64,000 bases of DNA from Solirubrobacteraceae bacterium (GTDB taxonomy: Bacteria > Actinomycetota > Thermoleophilia > Solirubrobacterales > Solirubrobacteraceae): contig JBDNJF010000033.1 in NCBI GenBank assembly GCA_041687955.1, forward strand, positions 5,696 through 69,695, read 5' to 3'. Shown here piece after piece: positions 10,113 to 19,162 of the stretch. Under the pieces are notes generated by a model. The model worked only from the letters and a program-made list of their open reading frames with translations. It did no database searches and was not told the origin of the DNA. Every line of letters starts with the position of its first letter. Position 1 is the stretch's first letter. The position numbers and the translations under genes were made by a program.

Positions 10113-11099
10113 ATGAGTGAGCGCGTACGAGTAATTTGCCCACTCAACGAGAGCGACGAGCGAACGCTCGCCGATGACGTTCTCGACGGCCTGACGCGCC
10201 CCTTCAAGGAGATCGCGCCTAAGCACTTCTACGACGAGCTTGGCGGCGAGCTTTTCGACCAGATCTGCAACCTGCCTGAGTACTACCCCACGCGCGCCGA
10301 GCGCTCAATCTTTGAGGCCTATGGCGAGGAGATCGTCGCCGTCTCAGGAATGGCTGAGCTGGTTGAGCTTGGTTCGGGGACAGCCGAGAAAACGATGCTT
10401 CTGATCGAGCAAGCGGAGACTGCAGGAACGCTGCAGCGCTACGTTCCGTTCGACGTTACCGAAGCGATGGTGCGTCGCTGCTGCGAGATCTGCGGCGAAC
10501 GCTTCGCGGGCAGCGAAATCATCGGTGTCGTCGGCGATTTTGAGCGCCACCTTGATGACATTCCGCCGCCGATCGAAGCTGCGCCGCGCGTAGTTGCTTT
10601 GCTGGGCGGGACAATCGGCAACTTCGTTCCCGGCTCGCGGCGCCAGCTACTGCGAGCGATTGGAGCACTGTTGCGGCCGGGAATTGACCATCTGCTGCTC
10701 GGCACCGACCTCGTTAAAGACCCGGCGATCATTGAAGCCGCCTACAACGACAGCGCCGGCGTCACGGCAGCCTTTAACCGCAACGTTTTGAGCGTGATCA
10801 ACCGCAGCCTTGACGCCGACTTTGACGTAGAGGCCTTCGAACACGTTGCTTTCTACGACCGCGGCCAGGAGTGGATCGAGATGCGGCTTCGCGCAAGCCG
10901 CGCGATGCACGTAAAAATCAACGCGATCCCACTCGCGATTGACTTTGCTTCAGGCGAGGAACTGCGGACCGAGGTAAGCGCAAAGTTCACGCCGCAGCGG
11001 CTGGAAGAGGACCTCGATGCTGCCGGCCTGAAGCTCGAGAAAACTTGGACTGACAGCGAGGGGCGCTTCGCCCTCTCGCTGTCCAGTCCAACCGCTTAG
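10113..11099 (+). CDS. egtD: L-histidine N(alpha)-methyltransferase EgtD
   Basis: DVLDGLTRPFKEIAPKHFYDELGGELFDQICNLPEYYPTRAE is the characteristic EgtD N-terminus. Start placed at ATG 10113; the longer listed ORF (9900) overlaps egtB. Confidence 0.9.
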   Translation: MSERVRVICPLNESDERTLADDVLDGLTRPFKEIAPKHFYDELGGELFDQICNLPEYYPTRAERSIFEAYGEEIVAVSGMAELVELGSGTAEKTMLLIEQAETAGTLQRYVPFDVTEAMVRRCCEICGERFAGSEIIGVVGDFERHLDDIPPPIEAAPRVVALLGGTIGNFVPGSRRQLLRAIGALLRPGIDHLLLGTDLVKDPAIIEAAYNDSAGVTAAFNRNVLSVINRSLDADFDVEAFEHVAFYDRGQEWIEMRLRASRAMHVKINAIPLAIDFASGEELRTEVSAKFTPQRLEEDLDAAGLKLEKTWTDSEGRFALSLSSPTA

Positions 11100-12262
11100 C
11101 TGATCCGCTCGATGATCATCGCCTCGCCCTGACCTTGGGCGACGCACATCGTCTCAAGGCCGTAACGCCCGTCTAGCGTTTCAAGATCGTTCAGCAGCGT
11201 CGTCATAATTCGCACGCCGGTCATCCCAAATGGGTGGCCGAGCGCGATTGCGCCCCCGTGCGGGTTGAGCTTGTCGATGCTGAAGCCGACCTCGCGCGCT
11301 ATCGGCAGAACCTGAGCTGCGAAAGCCTCATTGAGTTCGATCACGTCGATGTCGTCGATCGTCAGGCCAGCGCGCTCGAGCGCTTTGTTGATCGCACCGA
11401 TCGGCGCGACACCCATGTACTCAGGCTCATTGCCTGCGGTTGCCGCCGTGATGATTCGTGCGCGTGGCTTGAGGCCCAGCTCGGCGGCCTTGTCGGCGCT
11501 CATCAGCAGCGCAGCGGCGGCGCCGTCGTTGAGTGGGCAAGCGTTGCCTGCTGTGACCGTTCCGTCTTCGCGGAAGGCTGGCTTCAGGCTCGCAAGGCGC
11601 TCGACCGTTGAGTCCGCGCGCGGCCCGTCGTCGGTATCAACGACGGTGCCGTCAGGCAGCGTCACGGCGACGATCTCGCGCGCGAATACGCCTGCTTCCT
11701 GGGCGGCAACTGCGCGCTCTTGAGAGAGCTGCGCGTACTCGTCCTGCTCTTCGCGGGTGATGCCGTACTTGTCGGCAACGTTCTCAGCCGTCAGCCCCAT
11801 TGCGATGTAGGCGTCCGGCTGGCCCGGCTCCTTGCCTTGCAGCTTCTCGTTTTGATCCTCCGGGTGGCCGGCCTCCTGCGCCGCGTTGTAGCGCGAGACA
11901 AACTCAACGCCGGCGGCGATGTAGGTGTCGCCTTGGCCGGACGCGATGTTGTTGGCGGCGATGCGGATCGCATCAAGGCCAGAGGCGCAGTAGCGCGAGA
12001 CCGTTGAGCCGTTGGTTGCATCGGTCAGCTTCTCGCTGAGCAGTACGGCAATCCGGCCGATGTTGTTGGCCTGAAGACCTTGCGGCAGGCCGCAGCCGCA
12101 GATGACCTCTTCTACGGTTGTCGGGTCGACGCCGCTGTTTCGTTCCAGCAGCTGATCGATTACAAAAGCGGTGGTCTCATCGGGGCGCAGCGTTGCGAGC
12201 GACCCCTTGAATGCGCGGCCAACCGGTGTGCGGACGGCATCAACAATTACGACTTCGGGCAT
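11096..12262 (-). CDS. acetyl-CoA C-acyltransferase (thiolase)
   Basis: VIVDAVRTPVGRAFKGSL, active-site region VSRYCASGLDA, C-terminal GLETMCVAQGQG. Confidence 0.9.
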   Translation of the reverse strand: MPEVVIVDAVRTPVGRAFKGSLATLRPDETTAFVIDQLLERNSGVDPTTVEEVICGCGLPQGLQANNIGRIAVLLSEKLTDATNGSTVSRYCASGLDAIRIAANNIASGQGDTYIAAGVEFVSRYNAAQEAGHPEDQNEKLQGKEPGQPDAYIAMGLTAENVADKYGITREEQDEYAQLSQERAVAAQEAGVFAREIVAVTLPDGTVVDTDDGPRADSTVERLASLKPAFREDGTVTAGNACPLNDGAAAALLMSADKAAELGLKPRARIITAATAGNEPEYMGVAPIGAINKALERAGLTIDDIDVIELNEAFAAQVLPIAREVGFSIDKLNPHGGAIALGHPFGMTGVRIMTTLLNDLETLDGRYGLETMCVAQGQGEAMIIERIS

Positions 12263-12284
12263 CTGTTACTCCTTGATTTTTGGT

Positions 12285-12333
12285 CCGGCGGTCGCACTCC
12301 ACGGACGTTTTCCCCGGCGGTCGCACTCCACGG
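12285..12333. repeat. tandem direct repeat, 2 x 20 bp (CCGGCGGTCGCACTCCACGG), 29-bp period
   Basis: Exact 20-mer at 12285-12304 and 12314-12333, followed by a degenerate third unit. Lies in the divergent intergenic region between the thiolase and the SDR dehydrogenase. Confidence 0.6.
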
Positions 12334-12451
12334 GGCTTTTGTGCCGGGCGACTGCGCCGACTCAGATGGAGCATAAAGCAGACGGCCTTTCGACGCGAAG
12401 CGCCGCCTTCTCGTAGCATTCGCCGCTCAACCTGACAGGAGTTTTAACGAC

Positions 12452-13216
12452 ATGGATATTGAAGGCAAGGGAGCAATCGTCTCCGGCGGCGCATCAGGAC
12501 TCGGCGAAGCAACCGTTCGACGCCTCCACGCGGCTGGCGCGACGGTCGTGATCGCTGACGTCAACCCCGAGAAAGGTGAGCCGCTGGCAAAGGAGCTCGG
12601 GATCACATTCGTTCAGACCGACGTGCGCGAGGAGGATCAGGTTCAGGCTGCCGTCGATAAGGCAGCTGAAGTGGAGGGTGGACTGCGAATCGCTGTCTCC
12701 TGCGCCGGCACCGGCATCCCGATCAAGGTTGCCTCGAGCAAAGGGCCCCACCCGCTCGACGCTTTCAAGGTGATCATCGACATCAACCTTGTCGGCACCT
12801 TCAACCTAATGCGGCTAGCAGCCTTCAGCATGCTCAGCAATAACGAGCCTGACGCTGAGGGCGAGCGCGGCGTCTGCATCAACACCGCATCGGTCGCAGC
12901 GTTTGAAGGTCAGGTCGGCCAGATCGCCTATTCGGCATCAAAAGGTGGTGTTGTCGCAATGACGATTACCGCGGCGCGCGACCTCGCCGACAAAGGAATT
13001 CGCGTAAACACGATCGCCCCCGGCCTCTTTGACACGCCGCTACTGGGCGCGCTGCCTGAAGAGAAGCGCGCCGCGCTCGGCGCGCAGGTGCCGTTCCCGA
13101 GCCGCCTTGGCCGCCCGCAGGAGTACGCGCAGCTTGCACAGCAAATCGCCGAGAACCCAATGCTCAATGGCGAGACAATCCGCCTTGACGGCGCGATCCG
13201 CATGGCGCCGCGCTAG
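12452..13216 (+). CDS. SDR-family 3-hydroxyacyl-CoA dehydrogenase (HSD10-like)
   Basis: [27 protein letters not shown] catalytic motif, PGLFDTPL. Confidence 0.85.
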   Translation: MDIEGKGAIVSGGASGLGEATVRRLHAAGATVVIADVNPEKGEPLAKELGITFVQTDVREEDQVQAAVDKAAEVEGGLRIAVSCAGTGIPIKVASSKGPHPLDAFKVIIDINLVGTFNLMRLAAFSMLSNNEPDAEGERGVCINTASVAAFEGQVGQIAYSASKGGVVAMTITAARDLADKGIRVNTIAPGLFDTPLLGALPEEKRAALGAQVPFPSRLGRPQEYAQLAQQIAENPMLNGETIRLDGAIRMAPR

Positions 13217-13223
13217 GCGGAGC

Positions 13224-13850
13224 TCAAAGTCCCAGACCCTGCACCCCGAGCTCGTCAAAGCCGATGTGGTGGGCGAGCTCGTGGCGCACGGTCACGACGA
13301 CCTGCTCTCGAAGGAGCTCCGGGTCGTGGCCAAAGTCGCGGCGCAGGGTGTCGCGGAAGATGATGATCCGATCGGGGTAGTTGTCGCGCGTGGCGCCATC
13401 GCCTTGGTAGAGCCCGTAGGCGCGCTGGCGGCGGCCACCGTTTGAGATCACGACCGCGACGTTGCGCGCCAGCGCCTCACGCAGCAGGTCGGGCAGGTCA
13501 TCGAGCGCGTCGCGCACCAACTCTTCGAAGTCTTCGTCATTAAAAGGGTCAAGGTCGAGGAACTCTTCCTCGTCAGGCTCAACTGCCAGCCCGTGGCGAG
13601 CAAGCCGCTCGCTCTCAATCACCAGCGCCTCAAACTCCTCTTCGGATTCAGGATTGGTGTAGTCGGAAAGGCGGAAGGCGACGAGGATTGCAGCGCCGAA
13701 GATCAGCGCCGCGCCAAGCACGCCCAGCGCAATTACCTGAATTAGATGGAAGGCCGGGTTGATGCTGAAGCCACCAAGCAGAACTGAGCTTGAGATCCCA
13801 GCCGCGAGCGCGACGAGCGAGGCAACAGCGATCCGCGAAAGGGTTGGCAT
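13224..13850 (-). CDS. membrane-anchored zincin-like metallopeptidase family protein
   Basis: Two N-terminal hydrophobic segments, an acidic linker, and a C-terminal HExxH (VRHELAHHIGFDE). Confidence 0.7.
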   Translation of the reverse strand: MPTLSRIAVASLVALAAGISSSVLLGGFSINPAFHLIQVIALGVLGAALIFGAAILVAFRLSDYTNPESEEEFEALVIESERLARHGLAVEPDEEEFLDLDPFNDEDFEELVRDALDDLPDLLREALARNVAVVISNGGRRQRAYGLYQGDGATRDNYPDRIIIFRDTLRRDFGHDPELLREQVVVTVRHELAHHIGFDELGVQGLGL

Positions 13851-13862
13851 CGCCGCTCGCCC

Positions 13863-15011
13863 TTACCTCATCGCCCGCGAGATCACAATCCGCTGGATCT
13901 CGTTGGTTCCCTCGTAGATCTGAGTGATCTTGGCGTCGCGCATCATCCGCTCTACTGGGTATTCACTGACGTAGCCGTATCCACCGAGCACTTGGACGGC
14001 CTCAGTTGTGACCCACATCGCCGTATCGGAAGCGATCAGTTTGGCCATCGAGGTCAGTTTTGCGAGCTCAGGCTCACTGCGATCGGCGGCGGCCGAGGCG
14101 CGATAGGTCAACTCGCGCGCGGCGGCGGTGCGCGCCTCCATCTCGGCTAGCTTGAAAGCGATTCCTTGGTGTTCGTGGATTGGCTTGCCGAAGGTGATCC
14201 GTTCCTTCGCGTACTCGTTGGCGTAGTTGATTGCGCCTTGCGCAATGCCAACGGCCTGCGCCGCGGCGCCGAGGCGAGTGCGCTCGAGCACACCCAGCGC
14301 CACGCTGAGCCCGTTCTCGGGATCACCAATCACGTTCTCGCTGGGAATCCGAACCTCGTCGAAGGTTGGTGAGCCGGTCGGCGAGCCCTTGATTCCCATC
14401 TTCTTCTCAAGCTTGCCGATCGAAAGCCCCTCGCGCTCGGCCTCGACGATAAAGGCACCGATGCGGCGGTTCTCGCGGTCGGTTGAAGCCATCACGACAT
14501 AGAAGTCGGCGACGCCTGCATTCGTGATCCAGTTCTTCGAGCCGTTCAGCACCCACTCATCGCCATCAAGCTTGGCGGTCGTGCGCATTGAACCGGGGTC
14601 GGAGCCCGCTTCGGGCTCGGAGAGCGCAAAGGCTGGCGACTTTTCACCGCTCGCACAAGAGGGCAGGAAGCGCTGCTTTTGCTCGTCGCTACCGAAGAGC
14701 TGGATCGGCAGTGTGCCGAGATCCTGCACCATCAGAATCAGCGAAGACGAGGCGCAGGACATCGCGATCTGCTCAGTCGCGATGCTCAGCATCAGTGAGC
14801 CGGTGCCGGTGCCGCCGTATTCGGTCTCAAACGGCAGGCCGAGGATGTCGTTCTCTGCCAGCAGCTTGCGGATGTCCCAAGGGTACTCGGCGCTGGCGTC
14901 GATGTCGTGCGCGCGCGGGGCGATCTGCTCCTCGGCGATCTGGCGGATCGTGTCGCGAAAGTCGAGGAACTCCTGTGGAATTGAATAAGCGTGGCTAGCT
15001 GTATCGGTCAT
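13863..15011 (-). CDS. acyl-CoA dehydrogenase
   Basis: FALSEPEAGSD, and C-terminal ITQIYEGTNEIQRIVISR with the catalytic Glu. Start placed at ATG 15011 (MTDTASH); the longest ORF reaches 15044. Confidence 0.9.
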   Translation of the reverse strand: MTDTASHAYSIPQEFLDFRDTIRQIAEEQIAPRAHDIDASAEYPWDIRKLLAENDILGLPFETEYGGTGTGSLMLSIATEQIAMSCASSSLILMVQDLGTLPIQLFGSDEQKQRFLPSCASGEKSPAFALSEPEAGSDPGSMRTTAKLDGDEWVLNGSKNWITNAGVADFYVVMASTDRENRRIGAFIVEAEREGLSIGKLEKKMGIKGSPTGSPTFDEVRIPSENVIGDPENGLSVALGVLERTRLGAAAQAVGIAQGAINYANEYAKERITFGKPIHEHQGIAFKLAEMEARTAAARELTYRASAAADRSEPELAKLTSMAKLIASDTAMWVTTEAVQVLGGYGYVSEYPVERMMRDAKITQIYEGTNEIQRIVISRAMR

Positions 15012-15051
15012 CCCTACAGAGTAGTCAGGGGAGCCGCGTAGCATCAGTTGC

Positions 15052-15468
15052 GTGGACGACCCGATTGTTATTAATGGCGGCTTAGCGATCCCGCTGCGCG
15101 AGATTCAACTACGCACGAGCCGCTCGTCGGGGCCGGGTGGCCAGCACGCCAACGTGACCGACTCGCGCGTCGAGGCGATCTTCGACGTGCGCGAGGCGGC
15201 CTCACTGACAGCCCGCCAACGCGAGCTGATCACCGAGCGCTGCGGCGGCCCGGTGGTTCGCGCTATCGCTCAGGATGCCCGCAGCCAGGCACGCAACCGC
15301 GAGCTGGCGCTCGAGCGGCTGAGCGAGCGACTGCGCGATGCGCTGAAGCTGCGCCGCGCGCGCCGTCCAACTCGCCCCAGCAAGGGCGAGAAGGAACGAC
15401 GGCTGAAAGCCAAACGGGTCCGCTCAGCGAACAAGCAGAGCCGCAAGCCGCCGCGCCACGACGACTAG
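15052..15468 (+). CDS. arfB: alternative ribosome-rescue factor ArfB (peptidyl-tRNA hydrolase, RF-1 domain)
   Basis: SSGPGGQHANVTDSRVE GGQ motif plus a basic C-terminal tail; about 138 aa. Confidence 0.85.
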   Translation: MDDPIVINGGLAIPLREIQLRTSRSSGPGGQHANVTDSRVEAIFDVREAASLTARQRELITERCGGPVVRAIAQDARSQARNRELALERLSERLRDALKLRRARRPTRPSKGEKERRLKAKRVRSANKQSRKPPRHDD

Positions 15469-15473
15469 ACGGC

Positions 15474-16550
15474 TTACAGGCCGGACGGGTGGCGAATCTT
15501 GAAGCCGTTCGACGAGCGCATGTCCGACTGCCAGCGCGAGCCTTTGTTGCCACGCCCGCTGGAGTCAAGGCGAATACCGGCGACCGTCATGTACATGTGG
15601 CCGGCGTTGGTGTAGATCGTGACCCACTTACCCTTGCCAGCTTTGCCGAAGTCGAAGAAACCGTAGGAGGCCTCAGGACTCTTCATCAGGCCGGCGCCGC
15701 GCAAGGCGTAGCTGGCCAAGCCGGAGCAGTCGTAGCCGCTGTCTTCCCACTTGCCGTGACCGCCGCCCCAGAGGTATGGCTTGAAAGCGATCTTGTTGCC
15801 GGCAGCGATGATCTTTTGAACTGCGATCGGCGCGTTATCGGGGGCGATTGCGAGGCCACTCTTTGAGACGCGAGCCTTGTTGCCGGGAACCAGTGAGGTC
15901 GGAATGTCGCCAGCAGCGGGATCGCCTGAACCACCGGGCGATGCGTCCTCGCCAACTTCGATCCGCAGCTCGTAAACGTCGCCGGCGTCAGCGACACCGT
16001 CAACGGGGCGCTTCTGCTTGGCTTCAAAACGCTTCACGGCAGAAACAGTCATCGGGCCAAACTCGCCGCTAGGAACCGGAGCGCGCTTGTCACCAGCGCG
16101 GCGCATGAAGGTCTGGAGCTCGCGGACATCGCGGCCGCTCATTCCAGCTACAAGAGGGAGGCGCTTACCGAGCTTGTGGGTGACGCTAGGGTCGCTGCCG
16201 ACGTTGGCGCCGCCGCTGCTGTCAACCGAGCGCGGGCCTCGGGCTGAGACGAGCAGAGCATTGATTGTGCCGCCGCTGGCGACACCACTTACAGCGATCT
16301 GTGCAGCGAACTGGAATTTCTTCACGGCCTTAGTTGTTTCGGCCTGGTAGTTCCCGGTCACGGGAACGCTGATCCCAACGCGGGTGAGCAGCTGCTGCAG
16401 CGCCGTGACGTTGGCGCCGGTGGCGCCGGTACGCAGAGTCTTGGCTTGGATCTTCGGCAGAGCGGTCGGAGCGCTGACGGTTGGCTGCGTGGTTGCCGCC
16501 GCAGCGCTAGCTGCCGGAACCAACAGGGCTACTAGCACAGTGGCAATCAA
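15474..16550 (-). CDS. secreted peptidoglycan hydrolase: 2 x PG-binding domain + NlpC/P60 domain
   Basis: Signal peptide. Two PG_binding_1-like repeats (GATGANVTALQQLL..., GMSGRDVRELQTFM...). C-terminal YLWGGGHGKWEDSGYDCSGLASYAL and a GHMYM His. TTG start as listed. Confidence 0.8.
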   Translation of the reverse strand: MIATVLVALLVPAASAAAATTQPTVSAPTALPKIQAKTLRTGATGANVTALQQLLTRVGISVPVTGNYQAETTKAVKKFQFAAQIAVSGVASGGTINALLVSARGPRSVDSSGGANVGSDPSVTHKLGKRLPLVAGMSGRDVRELQTFMRRAGDKRAPVPSGEFGPMTVSAVKRFEAKQKRPVDGVADAGDVYELRIEVGEDASPGGSGDPAAGDIPTSLVPGNKARVSKSGLAIAPDNAPIAVQKIIAAGNKIAFKPYLWGGGHGKWEDSGYDCSGLASYALRGAGLMKSPEASYGFFDFGKAGKGKWVTIYTNAGHMYMTVAGIRLDSSGRGNKGSRWQSDMRSSNGFKIRHPSGL

Positions 16551-16592
16551 TGGTTTTTGCTTGGTGATGGTGATGGGGAACCCCCTCTTATT

Positions 16593-16765
16593 GGCGCCTG
16601 CGGGGTTAGCTGTCGGGCTCGCGCGAAAAAGGGCCGCGCTACATCACAATTCGGTGACGATTCGCCCCGGGCTTATTAGGCCTTTGGTTCCCCCGCTCTC
16701 TGCTGTCCGTGGACTGCAGAGATTCGGCTTGTTCTTTACTTCGCAGCAGCATAGCGAAGTCCTCC
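16593..16765 (-). promoter_or_regulatory. cyclic-di-AMP riboswitch (ydaO/yuaA motif)
   Basis: The minus-strand leader contains GAGCGGGGGAACCA, GGGGCGAAUC and CCCGACAGCUAACCCCGCAGGCG. These match my memory of the conserved ydaO blocks (GAGCGGGGGACCCA, GGGGUGAAUC, CCGUCAGCUAACCUCGUAAGCG). It sits directly 5' of a cell-wall hydrolase gene, the classical context. Confidence 0.7.
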
Positions 16766-16776
16766 GATGTATTACG

Positions 16777-17928
16777 TCAACCTACGCTTTGCGGATCACT
16801 CAAGAGCGCATCAAGAAGCGCCAAAACGACCTCTGAGCGGGAGAAAAGAGACTCTAGGTCGATGTATTCGTCGGCGTGATGGGAATGCCCGCCGCAGGGG
16901 CCAAGGCCGTCAATCGTGATTTTGATCGCGACGGCGAAGTGGCTCGCGTCGCTCGCTCCGCCACGCTCGCCAGCGACAATTGGCCTGCCGAGCAGCTCTG
17001 AGGCAGCGGCAAGCAGCGGCGCGGTCTGCTCGCGCGCGTCCATTCCCGGCCATGCCCGCTCGCGCTCGACCTTGATCGAAGCGCCGGCGATCTCACTTGG
17101 GATCGAGGCCTCGACGATCTCGATTGCGGCCAAGCTGTCAGCGCGCAGGTCGCACAGCAATTTGCCGCCGCCGGGGACAACATTAATCGCTTCGCCGCTG
17201 CGCAGAATCGTCGGCACCGCCGTAAGTCGCTCAGGGCCAGCGGGGTCGCTGAGTGACGCAACCAGCTGCGCCGCCTCGGCCAGCGCTAGCAGCGCGCTAA
17301 CCCCCTGCTCCGGGGCGCTGCCGCTGTGCGCGGCGCGGCCGCGGGCGGTCAGCTTCAGAGCGCCGGCCGCTTTGCGCCTTACAACGACAGCGTCGTCGCC
17401 ACCAATTGTCCGCTCCCCAGCCTCGAAGCAGAGGCAGGCGTCGAAGCCGGAGAAGCGCTCCGTGTGAGCAAACGTCCCACTGCGCCACTCCTCGTCATTG
17501 ACGAGCAGCAGCGACGCCTGACCAAGCTCAGCTCGATCTTCGAGCGCGCGTAAAGCGCCAAGTGCCAGCGCTACGCCGCCCTTCATGTCGGCCGTGCCAG
17601 GCCCAACGAGGTGGTGGGCGCTTCGCTGCGGCGCGAAGAAGGCGTCGTGCGTAACGACAGTGTCAAGGTGACCGACGAGCAGCACCTTTCGCTCACCTGG
17701 CCCGTCAACAGAGATCAGCAGGTCGGGAGCATGCTCGAGCGTTGAGCAGGCGAGCCGTTCGATCCGCGCGCCGGCGGGAGCGAGCGCCGAGACGACGGAG
17801 ACGATCTGCTCAGCAGCTACCGCGTCACCGGACGGCGAGGAGACGGCCACCAGCGCCTCGGTCTCGCGCTCAGCGGTGGCCGCCATCTGCGCGGCATGAG
17901 TGTCTATCCATTCGCGAGTCACTGCCAT
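16777..17928 (-). CDS. M20-family metallopeptidase (carboxypeptidase G2 / ArgE-DapE-like)
   Basis: VLLVGHLDTV, GPGTADMKGG, LVNDEEW motifs. Confidence 0.8.
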   Translation of the reverse strand: MAVTREWIDTHAAQMAATAERETEALVAVSSPSGDAVAAEQIVSVVSALAPAGARIERLACSTLEHAPDLLISVDGPGERKVLLVGHLDTVVTHDAFFAPQRSAHHLVGPGTADMKGGVALALGALRALEDRAELGQASLLLVNDEEWRSGTFAHTERFSGFDACLCFEAGERTIGGDDAVVVRRKAAGALKLTARGRAAHSGSAPEQGVSALLALAEAAQLVASLSDPAGPERLTAVPTILRSGEAINVVPGGGKLLCDLRADSLAAIEIVEASIPSEIAGASIKVERERAWPGMDAREQTAPLLAAASELLGRPIVAGERGGASDASHFAVAIKITIDGLGPCGGHSHHADEYIDLESLFSRSEVVLALLDALLSDPQSVG

Positions 17929-17940
17929 ACTCTGTCACCG

Positions 17941-18402
17941 ATGGCCAAAAAGGCGCAGGTCGGTGAACCGGCCCCCGACTTCGAGCTGCCCGGCACCGAC
18001 GGCAGCTTCAAACTCTCCGACCACCTCGGCGAGCGCGTAGTACTGCTCTTTTACCCCGGCGACAACACGGCGGTCTGTACAAAGCAGTTCTGCTCCTATC
18101 GCGACGACAGCGAGGAGATCAAAGCGCTCGGCGCGACGGTTGTGGGGATCTCACCCCAAGACCTCGCCTCGCATGAAAAGTTCATCGCCAGCAATTCACT
18201 GACAATCCCGCTGCTGGCCGACGTCGATAAGAAGGTTGCCAAGCTCTATGGCCTCAGTGCGCCGGTGGTTGGTACGCGCCGCGCGGCGCTGATTGTCGAT
18301 CAGCAGGGCGTGATCCGCTACCGCCACGTGCACGCGCTCGGCATCAGTTTCCAAAGCGCTGAGCAGCTAGGCGAGGCGCTCGCAGCCCTGCCTGCGCGCT
18401 AG
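17941..18402 (+). CDS. bcp: thioredoxin-dependent peroxiredoxin Bcp
   Basis: GEPAPDFELPG...VVLLFYPGDNTAVCTKQFC peroxidatic Cys motif. ATG at 17941. Confidence 0.9.
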   Translation: MAKKAQVGEPAPDFELPGTDGSFKLSDHLGERVVLLFYPGDNTAVCTKQFCSYRDDSEEIKALGATVVGISPQDLASHEKFIASNSLTIPLLADVDKKVAKLYGLSAPVVGTRRAALIVDQQGVIRYRHVHALGISFQSAEQLGEALAALPAR

Positions 18403-18415
18403 CCTCAGAGTCGCA

Positions 18416-19162
18416 ATGAGTAGCGAAGAACGACCAACAGAGCCAAAGCCAGCACCCGCGGCTGAGAGCGACGATGCGCCAAGCACTGAGCCGCTCGCTG
18501 CCGACGCCGCCAGCGAGCCTGAAGTGAGCGCTGAGCCGGTCGTTGCGGCCGAGAAGCCAAAGGCCAAGGCGAAGAGGCCGAAGGGCAAGGGCAAGCCGCG
18601 CGGCAAGCGGCCGCCGCCACCACCGAAGACGCGCGGCCAGCTACCGATTGAGGAGCTGCGCGCAGCATCGAAGGCGACGATCGATCTCTTCGGCGCCCAG
18701 CAGGCTATCCGCGCATCGTTTGCAGTTCTGGCAGCGAAAGAGCGTCAAGACATCTCAGCGCTGATCGCCGCCGATGACGACCACCGCACGCGAGCGCGCA
18801 ACGTGGCTAACGGCTCGCTCGGAGCCGGGCGAATCGACAAGGCGATGGCGGCGACAATCGTCGCGATGGCGCCGGCCGAGGACCTTTGGATCGTGACGCT
18901 CGATAAAGAGCAGGCCTCCCAGCGGCTCGGGCGCGTGCGCGCCGCCAAGCAGCGCGACCGCGAGCGCGATGAGAAGAAGCGGGAGCGCAAGAACAGCTCG
19001 GAGCGCGTAAGCCGCGACCAACTAAAAGCGGCGCAGGACGGCAAGGTCGGCGCGACGATCCGCTTTGTCACTGATGAAGACCGGCGTGAGCGCCGCTCAA
19101 AAGACGACGAGAAAAAGGCCGCCAAGAAAAGCGGCTCTGTGCTCGACGAGCTCGGTTACTGA
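18416..19162 (+). CDS. hypothetical protein with low-complexity acidic N-terminus and Lys/Arg/Pro-rich tract
   Basis: The ORF follows bcp. PKAKAKRPKGKGKPRGKRPPPPPK tract and a charged C-terminus. No family recognised. Confidence 0.5.
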   Translation: MSSEERPTEPKPAPAAESDDAPSTEPLAADAASEPEVSAEPVVAAEKPKAKAKRPKGKGKPRGKRPPPPPKTRGQLPIEELRAASKATIDLFGAQQAIRASFAVLAAKERQDISALIAADDDHRTRARNVANGSLGAGRIDKAMAATIVAMAPAEDLWIVTLDKEQASQRLGRVRAAKQRDRERDEKKRERKNSSERVSRDQLKAAQDGKVGATIRFVTDEDRRERRSKDDEKKAAKKSGSVLDELGY

